Assembly (NCBI GenBank): GCA_009602725.1
Contig: WELB01000018.1
Location: forward strand, 177,802-241,801
Source: Spirogloea muscicola
Lineage: Eukaryota
Direction of reading: 5' to 3'
Length of the DNA stretch: 64,000 bases
Shown: in pieces, positions 37,903-51,700 of the stretch
Layout of the letters: every line of letters begins with the position of its first letter
How positions within the stretch are numbered: the first letter of the stretch is position 1
The notes under the pieces: model-generated
The model's database searches: none
What the model was told of the DNA's origin: nothing
What the model saw: only the letters and a program-made list of their open reading frames with translations
Program-made: the position numbers and the translations under genes

Positions 37903-39841
37903 GCCGCGCTCGGCTCGCTGCAGCCGGCGGCGCCGCCGGCCTGCCTGGCCGGCCACGCCGCTGCGCTCGCCCTCCTCCCCACCCACTGGTTCTTCTCCCT
38001 CCTCTTCTACACCGACGCCGCCGCCACCGCCGCCGCCGCCGCCATGTACCTCGCCTGCCTCCGCCGCCGCTACTGGGCCTGCGCTGCGGTGAGCGGCTCA
38101 TGGCCGCGCCGCCGTCAAGGATCGCCGGCGCCGCCTCGGTGCTGCAGCTGCCGCTCCTGGGCTCGCCGCTGACGCAGGCGGCCAGTGCGGCCCCGCCGGC
38201 AGCTTGCAGCCGCCGCGGTGCTGTGCCGCCAGACGAACGCCGTGTGGGCGGCGTTCGCTCTCGTCGTCGCCGCTCTGGACATGCTCGGCGTCCCGCTCCC
38301 GAGTGAGCCTGGCTTGGCCGTCCTCGTCCGCCGCGCATGGGACCGGCGGCTCCAGCTCCTCTACGCGCTCGGCCCCCTTGCGGCGGTCATCGCGGCGTTC
38401 GCCGCGTTCGTCTACTCCAACGGCGGCATTGTCGTAGGTTGCGCCCTCTCCGCGCTGCCTGGTTGTGGGCGTTGCCAGGCTCTTTTCCGAGCCGCCTCGC
38501 GCTCCACCGCACGCCACTTCATGTGTGTCATAAGCTTGACCAGCATCTTCAAACCCCAAACACTTAGGCGCTAGATCCCGACACCACCTATTCCATTAAC
38601 TAAGTTGTACACCTTGTGACTCTTGTAACCGTATCCAGGTTTTACTGACATCTCCTGCTTGCTGCTCCACCTGAAATGATGGAGCAGGCGCCAAGGACGC
38701 CCACCGGCCGGCGCCGCACCTCGCGCAGCCCTTCTACTTCGCGGCCTTCGCTGCGGGTGCCATGGCCCCAGTTCACTTCCACCCTCGGCGCGCCGTGGGC
38801 CTCCTGACGAAGCTACGAAAACAGCTCACCAAATCGCCACTGGCCACCTCCGCTGTTGCGGCACTTGCTGTCGTGCTTTCGTTCGTCGCCGTCCACAGCT
38901 ATAGGTTGACGCGTGAGCCCCATGTCATAAGCTCTTAATATCAAATGCATTCCTTTAAATCAATTATTATTTATCAGTGTGTCGTGTCGTAAAGTGACTG
39001 TGTGTTGCAGAGGTCCAAGTCAGCTTAGCGTCTACTGTGTAAGGTTAGGAACACGGCTTCCCTTGCTCCCACCGAGTGACCTTCTGCAGGTGCAGCTAAC
39101 TTGTGCACAATACCAGCTAGTAGGGAGAATCATGTGATCCCTCCGGGTCCGTTTCCTGATTACAAAGCAGATGGTCCTCTGCGCTTAGCCCAGTCACCGT
39201 CGCCTTGCCTCACGCCCAATTCCTGTGTGTCAGTGCACGATACTGGCTTGCTGTGACAGCACCCGCTGATCAGCCCAACTGTCTTGTGTCACTTCCACAG
39301 CCTGGCACACCCGTACCTGCTGGCAGACAACCGGCACTACACGTTCTATCTGTGGAAGGACGTGATCCAGCGTCACAGCGCCGCCAAGTACCTTCTTATC
39401 CCGCTCTACCTGTACTCTGCTTATTCCCTTGCTGACAAAGCTGGTGAGCAAGCGCAAGCACTCTGTCAGCTGCAAACTCAGAAGCCCTTGCACGCAGACT
39501 GCCTGCATTGCACACTCTGCTTTTGTGAATGTCATCTGACAATCTGACATGTGGTGAGGCCCCATCCTGCGTCAGTTGAGCAGATGGGCGGCCTCCAGGC
39601 AGCGGCATTTGCAGGGGCAGTCGTTGCGGTGCTTGCTCCGGCGCCCCTTGTGGAACTCCGCTACTTCACCGTACCCTTCTTCATCCTGGCACTCCACACG
39701 CCGGAGCTGGGGTCCGCGGCGAGCCTAGCATTCCTGCTGCCACTGTATGCGGCCGTCAACACCGCCATACTATATGTCTTCCTATGGCGGCCATTTGAGT
39801 GGCCCCACGAGCCTGGTGTGAAGCAGCGCTTCATGTGGTGA
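37903..39841 (+). CDS. ALG10: Dol-P-Glc:Glc2Man9GlcNAc2-PP-Dol alpha-1,2-glucosyltransferase (DIE2/ALG10); 5' end in gap
   Basis: Family motifs across exons: LPTHWFFSLLFYTD, RQTNAVW, FVYSNGGIVVGAKDAH..HLAQPFYF, HPYLLADNRHYTFYLWK, PAPLVELRYFTVPF, FLWRPFEWPHEPGVKQRFMW*. Confidence 0.95.
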
Positions 39842-40488
39842 TCAAGCTCCGCAACCAAATTTTGCGCTGCATTGGTGCCCAACTTGTCACATTGCTTTCA
39901 CTCACTTGCACATTCTCATCCACCGCTGTGGAGCAATGTCGGGAGGTCTCCTTCATAATTGTTCAACTCCACAAAGCATGGATGCTGTGCTGCTAAAATT
40001 ATTACCTCGCATGCATACACACATAGCAGTCTTTATAATGTCAGCTTTCACTTCCACCCCTTGCACGAAGTCAACTGCTCTGGGATATTTGCAAAGTCAC
40101 AGGACTATGGCAGCGACACAGGCAATTGGGACTACGGACGAGGTTAGGTGTCAACAGCTTGATGTCAAGAGCTTAGGCGGCAGGTTAAGGCAAAGGGGAG
40201 GAGAAACTAATGGGCTAAGCTCAATGTGAGCAAGTTTGCAGCTTGTGCCTCCTGCCGAAGCCAATGCTGTGCAATGACATGATTCGCAACAGCAGCAGGA
40301 GTTGTCGAGGTGCCAACTTAGGCTGGCACGCTCGTTAAACTAGTGGGCTACACGACGCCGGCAAAGGTTTCCCGCAGAAGGGAACGGCAAGTCATGATGC
40401 AATAGACATGCACTGCCATGACTTCTCAGCCCGTGCTCTATCTTTGATGGAACCTCAACCAATAATGAGCAATCCCTCGCTATGCAAT

Positions 40489-43400
40489 CTATAATAGATG
40501 GGCAATGGTGGTGCCCTCGCCGCCGTATGAGGCTGGCGCAGGCTCAACGCTGCGCACGTCGCTGTGCATACGCATGTATGGCTGGAGCACCGCGCGGAGC
40601 TTGCCGCTGCCGACACCATGGACGATGTACGCCGCAGCCTCACCCTGCCGCCGCAGGCGCGCCAGCTCCCGGCCCACCTCTTCTTGCGCGTCCTCGGCAT
40701 ACATTCCGCGGACGTCAACTGTGTTGTCGGCCGTCTTCTCTGGCAGACGCTGCGCTGCTGCCGCCGCTCGGCCTCCACCTCGCTTGGCCTGCCACCCTCC
40801 TCCTGCACCCGTCCTTGGTCGCTGGTCGTCTTCACCAGCCAAGCCCATCTTCTCGTCTTGCTGTCTTTGGGCAGCTGCATCGGAGCCCGGCGCAACCGCC
40901 ATCGTGTCTGCAAAGTTGACCTTGAGCTGCAATGGGCCCGCCTGGACGGTCAGCTGCCGGCGTGCAGCATTGACACCCACCACCTCAGCAATAGCATTCA
41001 ACTTGGCGACAAAGACCTTGTCGCCAACAGCAAATGCATGCTCTGCGGGAAGCGCAACTGCTGGAGCTCCAGATCCTCCTGCCGCAGGACACAGGAACAG
41101 AGGACACTGAAAACTAGCATTGTATGCAATATCACTCTGAGACAATGGTAATGACATGCATACAAAAGCATTCCGTCTGACAAATTTAAAGTGTTCCAAG
41201 AGGACTGTGTCTCTTGGATGTGGAACCTGAGCTGTACCTGGAATGTGTGTAACTGACCATAACTTATAGCACAGAAGAGAAGTGCATAGCAGAACGCACT
41301 AAAAGCGAGATATAAGGCGTGATTTCTGTGTATATTTTTACTGGTTGACCTGCATTGCTGTGTCCTGTCATGAGCAGCCTGTCTGAGACCACCACCACTG
41401 CAAAGGGCTGCAGTGGGCTTACTGCCGCCTGCAGACTCTTTGACCGATGTCTCGGCAGGACGAGCCCCAGAGTCGCCAGGAGACGCGCCCACATCCTCCA
41501 TCCCGCCACCGTGGCCATTTGCGACGCCGCCCCCGCTGAGTGCCACTTCCACTCGATCAGCTCGCGTTAGACCAGACTCAGCGGTCGTGCCGGAGCTGGC
41601 GCTGCCGCTCCCCAAGTGAGCCACCTGGGCCTCCCGCAAGATGGACCCCAGCCGGGAGCGGGCCTCTGCAGCAGCGGCGGCCACCAGGTCCGCCCTCTCG
41701 AAGAGGAGCCGCGCCTCCTGCTGCTGCAGCCGTGCTGCCGCTGCCACCAGCTCCTGGTGCATCACCTCCGCCCCTCTGCTCAGAGAAGGAAATACGGGTT
41801 GTCAAATGAGGCCCAAATCCATGCATGCTTCTCTGATCAGTCTTTTGGTGCCTGCATCTAGCAGCTCATGACCTGAAGCCCAAGAAGCAGAACTGATGGA
41901 CAATGCATAGATGCTGCACTGATGGACATATCATGAAAGTGCTTAGTTGTCCGCTGTGGAGTGCAGAGTGCTCACACCTGAGGAGTTCCTCCGCTTTCTC
42001 AGAGCTGCCATCGTACCTGGCCTTGGCCTCCTCCATGCCCATGATTGCCTGGGAGAGAGCCATGTCCAAGTTGTGGTCAGACATGAGTAGCACACTTCTA
42101 TGTCAATAAACAATAACGTGAGTAACAATGAACAACGTGAACTGCATATGACTTCTCTGTGTGCAGCAACAGCACGAATAGAGTGCTTATTACTATGATG
42201 GCAAATCATGACGATGCCTGAATGTAGTCCTACCTCGTTAACCTCCACGCTAGCAGCGCCATGTATCACACGAGCATCCTGAACAATATGACTGGGAAGG
42301 CCCAGCCTCCCTGCGATGTTGAGTGCGTTGGAGCGACCTGTTAACAGATAGGACAGAAACGATGATTCTCCAAGGGCCATCAATACTTGCACTCAGAGAC
42401 AGCCAGCAGAACAGTAATGGCACGACTGCACCTTCGTAAGGATAGCACATTGTGCTAGCATTAAGATGGCTCCTCATAAGACAGATATAGAAGACGACCT
42501 TGACGATCCTACTGGGAACTGCAAAGTATGGCGTCATTTTGTTGGTGACATGCTTGAGAAGGTATTTTCACTGACGAGGGGCAGAAGTATCTGCACGGTC
42601 TAGGGCTGAGGGGTCACCTGGAATGCCCCAGAGCAGGCGGAATGTTGGTTGCAGCCGTTCCTCGTCAAAGGCCACAGACGCGTTCTCGAAGCGGGGGTCG
42701 CTGTAACCGCATGCCCAGGGCAGTGCCTCGCACTTGTGAGTCCAAGTACTTCTCGTATGGACGCAATGTCAACATCATCTCTCAATGCATCCAATAGATA
42801 AGGCCATCTGCTGACCCATCTTCAAGTTGACAAGGCATAGCATCAACCTGTACTTCAGAGTCTTGAGCTCGCCGTGGTGTGTGGTGGCCAGTGTGAGGAG
42901 AGAGCTGTCTGCAAAGGACTCAAGGAGCGCCATCCCCAACGCGGCTCCCTCGACAGGGTCTGTCCCGGTGCCTACCTGCCAATGACGAGCCAAACGCAGG
43001 CTTGACGAGGGTTATGCTACGCTCCAGCCTCCCAGCAATATTGGAGATTGGTCAAATTTTTTTGTAGGATATAATTAACGTGCTTGTCAAGCAGATAACA
43101 AGTGAGCGCCAGCCGCTCTTGTTGAGTACCTCATCTAGAAGGACGAGCGACCGCACCGTTGACTCTGCTTTTATCATCTGCACAGACAGACACTCCCATG
43201 GACCGAGGATAAAAGCCCTGACCCACATGCAAACCTGTGTCCTTATGCCTACATAGTAGCCCAAGTCCTTATATGAAGGTGGGCAAGATGCGAGGCAAGA
43301 GCAATGTTAAATTTGACTGAGTCCTACACACTTTATGCCTCGAAAGCCCACTGAATCGAGGTGCTTGGCATCCTTCGTGAGCTCACTTTGATACGGCGTA

Positions 43401-46400
43401 TGTGGCTTGAAAAGGTGGAGAGGGACTGCGTGAGAGATTGCTCGTCTCCAATGTCGGCCAGGACAAGGTCGAACCACGGCAGGCGGGCTGGCTCGGCCGC
43501 CAGCACGTACAGGCCTGCAGTGTTTCTCAGCAGTCAAGAGGAGATATGGGTACTATATATGCATGCAGAATACGTTGTTATGTGACAATGTCAGCATATC
43601 AGCCAGTTCAAGCAATTATCAGCCCCATTGTGCATGCTCTGCTCAACAATTCTGCATGTCAGTATTGTGGACCTGCAACCTGAGCTACTACCTGCCTTGG
43701 CCATCAGCGCAGCAAGGCCCAATGTCTTGATTGCTGCGGTCTTTCCCCCAGTGTTTGGCCCGGTGATGGCCACGACTTTCGTCTGCGACTTGACGCAGAT
43801 GTCAATTGGTACTGGAGTCTGTGCTCCTATTATCTCCACCTGTAATTTTTAGTCATCAAATGTCATTAATCAGATGCTACGAGTAAGCCTGGGCAAGAGT
43901 CTTGCCCGTGTTAAAGTAAGCTCCTCTGTTGTCTCAAACAAGAGCAGTCAGTCCTACTTAAGAGACCTATCTTGTCAACGCGAACTGCAAGCTCTTCATA
44001 TAAAATTCCAGTAAAAGACTCAATGAAGGGTTCCAGTAGAGAATGCAAGCTGCATATCATGCATAACCTGCACTGCATAAATATGCGCTTGTCCACAGCA
44101 AGAAAATATTGTGAAAATTACCTCTGCTTGTGCCGCTTCACTTGCAGCCACTGCCTGCACGAGTGCAGCCTCTCCCCCAACCCGGGCTCGAGCTCTTGAG
44201 GCCGCCTGTACAATAGACATCCACCAGGTATGATGTAAAGGACGCTGCAATGCTTCCTCCGACAAGCCCAAAGTACCAGGAGGCTGCTTGAAGGTGGCCT
44301 TCCTAAACTGTTACCCTGTCCACTTGACAATCTCAATAAGGACAATACTACAACGCTTTCCTACGTAGCCTCGTCTCATGTAGATGCGCTGCATTGGTTC
44401 TCATATTTCTTGGCTATAAGCCACTCCGTGTCAACAGAAGGTCTCAATTTCGATGATACTCAGCCTCCGCAAAGGTGGTCATTGAATGACTATCACAGAC
44501 GTAAGATATTTTCAGCATCACCTTGGCTTTGGCGGCCGCCCTCTCTTTCGCCTTGTGCAGATTTTCTCGATGCTGCTGCAAAAGGAGGGGGTGCCGAAGT
44601 CGCCGCAAGTCGACCACGAGTCCATCCCTGTCTTGGCTATCCGGCGACTCCGGGGATGAGAAACTTGGCCTCGTCGCACCCAGCCACGAGCTGTACCTCG
44701 CCCTTGCTACCACCTGTATCAACAAGAATCCGCAGAAGCTGGCTGTAGTGCCTCACCTCTAAGTACTTGCGCTAAAACAGAACAATCAGGCATACGATCT
44801 CGGGCAAGAAGCCTTCATAACAGAGTGCATGCTGCAACCAAGAGCAAGCCTTTGAGTGTGTGAGGATAATCAGGCTGAGGTTGCCCGACTGACCACATCA
44901 ACTTTGACAACAGTGTCAAGGACGAAGTGGATGTCGTCAACGTGACTCCGCAGCTGGAAACAAGGACGGCATAAGCATTATGGGCAGTCCACGAAATGCG
45001 CATCTGAGGCCTTGTTAATTGTCAGTGACTAAGGACCACAAAATCACATTGCTCAATCAAGGTTGAGCAAGAGCAGACTACAGGCATCTCGCCCCAGGTA
45101 GAAGGTAGTAGCAGAAATACAACTGCCACAGCCGAGTTAGCGAGTACCTTGTGACTGAGAGCGTCAAGCACTGCAAGCTCGGACTTTGACTCATCCTCCT
45201 TGGCACTCGCCAGCTCGTTGTTCAGCGGCACAGCCGCTGTCGGCTCAATGTACATGGACGCTCCCCCAGCACCGCTGTGACAGCTCGAAGAGGTGCCCAT
45301 AGACGACCAAAAAGGTCAGACTCCATAGTGCCATAGAAGTCATATTAAGTAGCGATGGAAAGTTAGGAGAAGAAAGATGGCAAGAGGCAGCTCCTTAACA
45401 TTAGCAGCAGATTATTGAATATGCATCCGGACCTCTGCAGCAGGAGGCCAGGCACCGAGGTTCTTGTCTCTGCAGCCACGACGACGCACATGCGACCAGC
45501 GAGCTCCACCACTTCCTGCTCGCAGGGATCAAGGCAACCTAGATCACCCAGTCTGACGAGGCTGGCGTGCAATGTTGGCAAGTCCTCCACATCATCCAGC
45601 AGGGCCTACTTGCAACAGCTACACCAACCTGCACGCTATCAAATTGTGTTCAGCCTGCATTGCTAGACACTAGTGCATGGACCAGATCTAGACTGTGTGT
45701 CAGTGCAAGGTGCACAGCGCCAGTCGCTTACTTGCATTCACTATCACTATGACCCGATGCATTGCAACTCACCTGCACTGTCGAACCCGCGTCGCTCCTC
45801 ATGATGCGGTTGAGCAAGTCCTGCAACTGCAGCAGAGCAGCAGCACAATCTTTCGGACGTCAACTCATGTGGCAGCACTGCTGGGCAGCATCCTGCATTG
45901 TATGCTGCATGGCTCGTATCAGGAGCATCTGCGCCAGTTTTGGTAACTAGCCGACGTGTCAACCTATGCATACGTATGACATACAGTCATAGGCTGCGAC
46001 CTGGTGTCAAGGCACAGGAGCATGGCCCTTACTCTGGACTTGATGGTGCGGACTTGCACCCGCGCCTTCCGCAGCTCCGGGCTCTGCCAAAGTGCACACC
46101 CTTGAGGCGTTGATCCAATCCCTTTCCGTACATGTTTCACTTCAGCAACAACGGAGGCAGAAAGATGTAGCTCGTACTTAAGATGCCATGGAGAATGCGA
46201 AGAAGGTGCCATGCTTCTATGCTAACCAAAGGTGCCATTGGAGAGCAGACTTACCGCCGTGTCCTTGACAACACCATCATCCTCCACTACGTCCAGGATG
46301 ACCTTGACGAGCTCCGGGTGGGTGGCCATCGGCGTAACCTGTGCGGCAACAATCACACCACTTGCTTACAGATAATAAGTACTGCATGTTCACAGACAGC

Positions 46401-47918
46401 AGTGAAATTGGGTCATGAAGTCAAGGACGGCCCTAAGCCTAGACCGCGAAATGCCTGTACTTGCTAGTGTAATGTCAAGCAAGGAGGACAAGGTGGTCTG
46501 AGAGCCTCAATAGCTAGACCCACCATCTCAATCAGCGGGGAGAGGGTCGCAGCAGCAGCTGCATTCTTCTCGTTGGCTGCAGTCGCCGAGATGGCCTTGC
46601 GCAGCCCAAGAGCCGCCTGCAGGCAGCTCGCAACCGCCCAAGCCTGGGGCCCGCTGACGGCCACGCCGCTGCTGATCCTCCCAAGAGCCCCTCTGACCTG
46701 CACATAAGATAGTAAACACGTATTGGTGCTGACTGACAGGCAATGGGCTTTGCGGGCAAAAAGCCAAACACATGTGCATATACGCCCAGACCGGCAACTG
46801 GCAATAGCAGGGCAAGGGACTTGATGTCAGCTCTCAGTGCCGAATCCGAAGATCTAGTCACAGTCTATCATCGTCAAATTTGATGGCCTCACAGTTCAGA
46901 ACACTTGTAGCTGATGCATGAGCAACCTGCAATGGCAAGCAGCCAAAACTGCGGACGCAGCAGGAGAGACTGCACCTAATGATTGCAGGTGAGAAGACGG
47001 GGGCAAGGTCTAAGAAGCTCATCAAACAGACCATGACGCGCACTGATTTAGTAAAAGACTGGTACTTGTAGATGGAATTGCTGCACACCTTCAGTAGAAG
47101 GCTCTAGCGCTCGTCGCATTTGATACTTTGGCTTCAATTCTGACGATTGTCGAACTCTCAGTCATGGAGGCGTTCTTAGTGCGGCTGGGAAAAGGCGCTG
47201 GCAAGACATCTCACCAGACCAGTGTGAATGCCACTGAAGTCCAGCGAGCCGCCGAGGTGGGACTCAATGTTCTGAGCAGCCTGCGTCTCCGCCAGCAGAG
47301 CCTCGCTGCCCTCTTGGGTCGCGGCCAGCGGCAGGGCCTGCAAATGGGATCACCACATGTTCAAAGTGGGGTTAGAAGTAGATACTCGTGCTACCTTCAC
47401 TGCTGCCATAGTGAAGAGGTCAGGCTCGCAGCCGTGCTAGCTGTAATGGCCTTCCGGCAGGTGAGGCGCCAGCTAGCTGGCACGTTCCATGTGCCGGGCA
47501 TCAGCAGCCTCAACCTCTAAGGGGAGGTGCCTCGTAAGCAGCAGCGATGGCCACCATAGCGTGCAAGGGCCCCCATGCAGCGCTGAGCCCACCCGCAGGA
47601 ACTGCGGGTTAAGGGTTACGATTCAGGGTTTGGGGTTTAGGTGCAAGTGCCCAGCAGGGAATCGTGGCCGCCGCCGCAGCTATGAAGCCAGCTGAATCTG
47701 CAGCCTGCGAGGCGCTCCAGATGCCAAACCCCGCAGCAACCCCTAAGCCTGGGCCGCGAGCTCGGAGCTGGGCCGTGCCGCTCACCCGCGCGAGGTCGCG
47801 GCCCATGCCCGTGGACGCGAACGCGGCGACGGCGGCGCCCAGGCGCGGCCACTCCAGCACGCGCAGCGCGTCGAGAGCCGCCGAGCCGGCGTGCTCGCCG
47901 CCACAGCCGCCGCCGCCG

Positions 47919-47992
<74 letters not shown>

Positions 47993-48047
47993 NCGGGGCG
48001 GCGGCGCGCGGCGGGCCCACGCGGGGCGCGACGGCCGCCGCCTCCAT
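40489..48047 (-). CDS. MUTS2: MutS2 family ATPase with C-terminal Smr domain (probably plastid-targeted)
   Basis: [59 protein letters not shown] (Walker A); [68 protein letters not shown]; Smr domain [30 protein letters not shown]. The first exon is interrupted by a poly-T/N artefact at 47920-47993. Confidence 0.95.
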
Positions 48048-48313
48048 TGCTCAGCTCCGAAGGCCGGCGGCGACGGCGCTCCTCTGAACCCTGATCCTCA
48101 AACCCGAACACTAGATTCACCGCCGGCCGCTGCGGCGCCCGTCCGGCAGCTGCTGCTCCGGCTGCTCCGGCGCTCAGGAGCAGAACTCGCACATCGCGCC
48201 GGACAGCCGCCGCCTCCGCTGCCGCCGCCTCAATTGCCGTCAATTCCGCCGTCGCCGCCGCCGCCGTCGCCGCCGCCGCCGTCGCCGCCGTCGCCGCCGC
48301 CTCCAGCCGCAAG

Positions 48314-48511
48314 ACGTGGCTTTCGGGCGAGGCGCGCTGACGTGGGAGCCAGTTGCCACACCGGCTGCCACGCTGGCGGCCTGGGGGGTCGGGCGGGCCG
48401 ACGTGGCAGGCCTCGCTGGCTGCGGCGGCGCCCCGCTGGCGTCACGTGGGGGCCGGGATCCGACCAGCGCGGCAGCGGGCGGCCACCTTGGCGCCGCCGC
48501 CGCCGCCACGT
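48314..48511. promoter_or_regulatory. Cluster of five ACGTGG (ABRE/G-box-like) elements in the MutS2/RH7 divergent intergenic region
   Basis: ACGTGG at 48314, 48340, 48401 and 48444 (inside CACGTG), plus reverse-strand GCCACGT at 48505-48511. Confidence 0.5.
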
Positions 48512-48551
48512 AGACCAAATCCCAAACCCTGCCCCTCCACACTCCATCCCT

Positions 48552-48587
<36 letters not shown>

Positions 48588-48608
48588 TGAGGCGGGCGTG
48601 GCCGAGCC

Positions 48609-48726
48609 ATGCCTGGCCTGCCGATGGCGGCCGCCGCAGGCGACGGGCCCGCGACGGGTGCGGTGGCCGAGGGGAAGGCGAGGAAGAAGGCAAAGAGCGG
48701 CGAGGCGGGGAAGCGGCAGCCCATGA

Positions 48727-48759
<33 letters not shown>

Positions 48760-51700
48760 GAAAGGCGGGCGATGCCGGCGTAGCGATGAAGAAGCGCAAG
48801 GCGGCTGCCAAGACGGCGGGATCGCCGCCGCCCGCCGCCGCCGCCGCCGACGCCGACGCGCCGAAGAAGCGGCGGAGGAAGAGCGAGGGCGACGCGCCCG
48901 CCGCCGCCGCCGCCGCTGCCGCCGCCGTGGAGACGCCGGAGAAGAAGATCCCGAAGAAGGCCAAGAAGAGCGTGGCGGCCGCCGTGCCTGCCGCCGAGGC
49001 CAACGGCGGCGGCGCAGGGGTTGAGGCCGCTGCCGGCGGCGGCGGCGGCGATCCGCTGGCAGTGGCCAACTTCGCCATCTCCGCGGACGTGGCGCGGCGG
49101 CTGGCCGACAAGGGCATCCGCAGCCTCTTCCCTATCCAGGCGCAGACCTTCGCCGCCGTGCACGGCGGCCACGACCTCGTCGGCCGCGCGCGCACCGGCC
49201 AGGTCCGGGGTCGCTCTCCGTTCCGCACCCGGCACGAATTGAACCCTCGACCTTTGGGCCGTGGCCGCAGATCTGCCTCCTTTGCCTCCTCGGAGGCCTT
49301 AACAATCCTCTACAAAGCCTTGACTTGGCCAGCTCTGATAATCCATTGAGTACCTCAAGGTCCCGTGGGGGCCCTGCTTCGACCAGCTAATACACAAGTT
49401 GTGATCTCAATGTGTGGATAGTTACCCATATTAGCGTCATAATCTGACATCTTGGTGATCCTGTTTTGATGGTGCTGCAGGGCAAGACGCTGGCCTTTGT
49501 GCTCCCTGTCGTCGAGCGCATCCGCGACGCCTCTGCCGCTAATGGCGAGCAGAAGCGCCGGCTCTACGGGCGGCCGCCCAGCGTGATCGTCCTAGCGCCA
49601 ACGCGCGAGCTGGCCAAGCAGGTGGCCGCCGACTTCGCCTCCATCGGCGATGTCGCCGGGCTGGCCACGGCGTGCGTGTACGGCGGCGCACCCATGGGGC
49701 CGCAGGAGAGCCTCCTCCGCCGTGGCGTCGACATCGTTGTCGGCACACCCGGCCGCATCAAGGTCTGCAGCGCCCGCGCCACCCTACCGCTGCCGCTGAT
49801 CTGCTCTTCAGCTGCAAAGTGGGTCATCGCCTGCAACATCAATAATGTGGCAGGACCATTTGGAGCGCGGCAACCTGAAGCTGGGCAAGCTGCGCGTGCG
49901 CGTCCTGGATGAGGCCGACGAGATGCTCAACATGGGCTTCGTCGAGGACGTGGAGACCATCCTCGGTGAGCTGCTCGTTGCGGAACCTTACTTGCTTGAT
50001 GTCTGTCGCTGGTCGTCCCGTCCCAGCCCCTGCCATGCCACCTCCTGAGTCTCCCTCTTTCGAGCTGCTGCATGGCACCGAGAGAAAGACGAAGCTCTTT
50101 ACATAAGTAGCAATGGCTGTGAAAGGCCAGCTCAAAGTAGGAGATCAGCTCTTGTTCAACTGTCGGATATCAAGGCAAGGTCACTGAGCGCAGGATGTAG
50201 GGTTTATCTTAATTCTAAGTCGGGTCAGGATCAAAGGCAAAGGCAAGAGGTGAAAGCAACGGCTCAATTATCTCTCCCCGGGTCACAGTTAAGGTACTGT
50301 GAGGGTCTGCGGCCTTGGCTTTTATTACCGAGTCCTCACACACCCTTTACACCTTTGGCTGGCACCTGTAATGACGTCGCAGCACTATTAAGCCGCCAAC
50401 TAATAATTGTCGGTTGTCGTTGTCCTTGCTGCGCGCTGCCTGTTGTGCAGGCGCCGTCGAGGATGCTGCCAGCGTGCAGACGCTGCTCTTCAGCGCGACC
50501 ATGCCCAAGTGGGTCGAGGAGGTGCGCGTTCTTGGTCTCCTTGACCTGGTCCTGCGTTGGATCGTCAACTCATACTATTGTGCTTTGTATAGCCACCCTA
50601 TTACATGATAAGTTGCACACGCCATTCACGTCAGTGCTCCCGGTATCGGCTTAAGGCTAGCACTCTCACTGACCTTGTGCTGGAATGCTCTGCTCCATCT
50701 CATGGCCATGCGCAGATCTCGATGCGCTTTCTGAAGAAAGACAGGCGCACCGTGGACCTGGTGGGGGACGACCGCATGAAGGCCAGCAAAAACGTGCGGC
50801 ACCTGCTGCTCAGCTGCCACTGGTCGCAGCGCGCGCACGTCGCCTCGGCCGTCATCCGCTGCTACAGCAAGTGCGTTGCGGCGTCTCTCCTACTCCTACT
50901 CCTTGCCGCTCGTCGCCCCGTCAGTCAGAGCCCAAGCTGACGGCGGAGCCTCTGGTGGTGGCAACGGCGCTGGCGGCGGCAGGGGCGGGCGGACGATCGT
51001 GTTCACGGAGACAAAGAACGACGCCACGGCGCTGGCCAATGAGCTGGAGGGCGCGCAATGCCTCCACGGTGACATTGCTCAGTCGCAGCGCGAGGTACAA
51101 TGCCACAGCTGGCGACATGCAGCAGCGCTGGGCAACCCCTCTTTGATCCCCCTCTCCTTCGCCGCTGGACAAGGAGACACAAAATATCATGTTAACGCTT
51201 GTATTAATTACCTTCAAGAGTGTTAACAGCTGTGCAGACTCGGTCTCCGTCCTGCCGCCTGAGCGGCCAATTCACCACCTCTGGTGCCCGGCACGCGCGC
51301 GGCAGGTGACGCTGGCAGGCTTTCGTGGCGGCAAATTCGGCACGCTCGTGGCCACGGATGTTGCAGCCCGCGGCCTGGACATTAACGACGTTCAGCTTGT
51401 CATCCAGGTACTTACTTTGCTTGCCTTCGCCCTGGGTTGCCGCCAAGTCTCAAGACTTGAAGCCTCAATGTGAAACATTCTGCTGCACCTCAGTTCAGGC
51501 CTTTCCAAGGACCGGCGCAGCATGCACTCGCGCTGGCGGCAGCTCAGTGTCGCCACTCTCCTGCATGCTGAGGACTGCATGGCATGGTGGCTGTGAGCTT
51601 CTCGAGCGCAGGTCGAGCCACCGAGGAACGAGGAGACGTACATCCACCGCTCAGGCCGCACCGGGAGAGCTGGTAAGGCTTCATCCTCTGATCTAATGGC

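Noticed and set aside
40489..48047. MutS2 as a novel bacterial transfer
   Set aside because: MutS2 is a known endosymbiont-derived nuclear gene in green plants.
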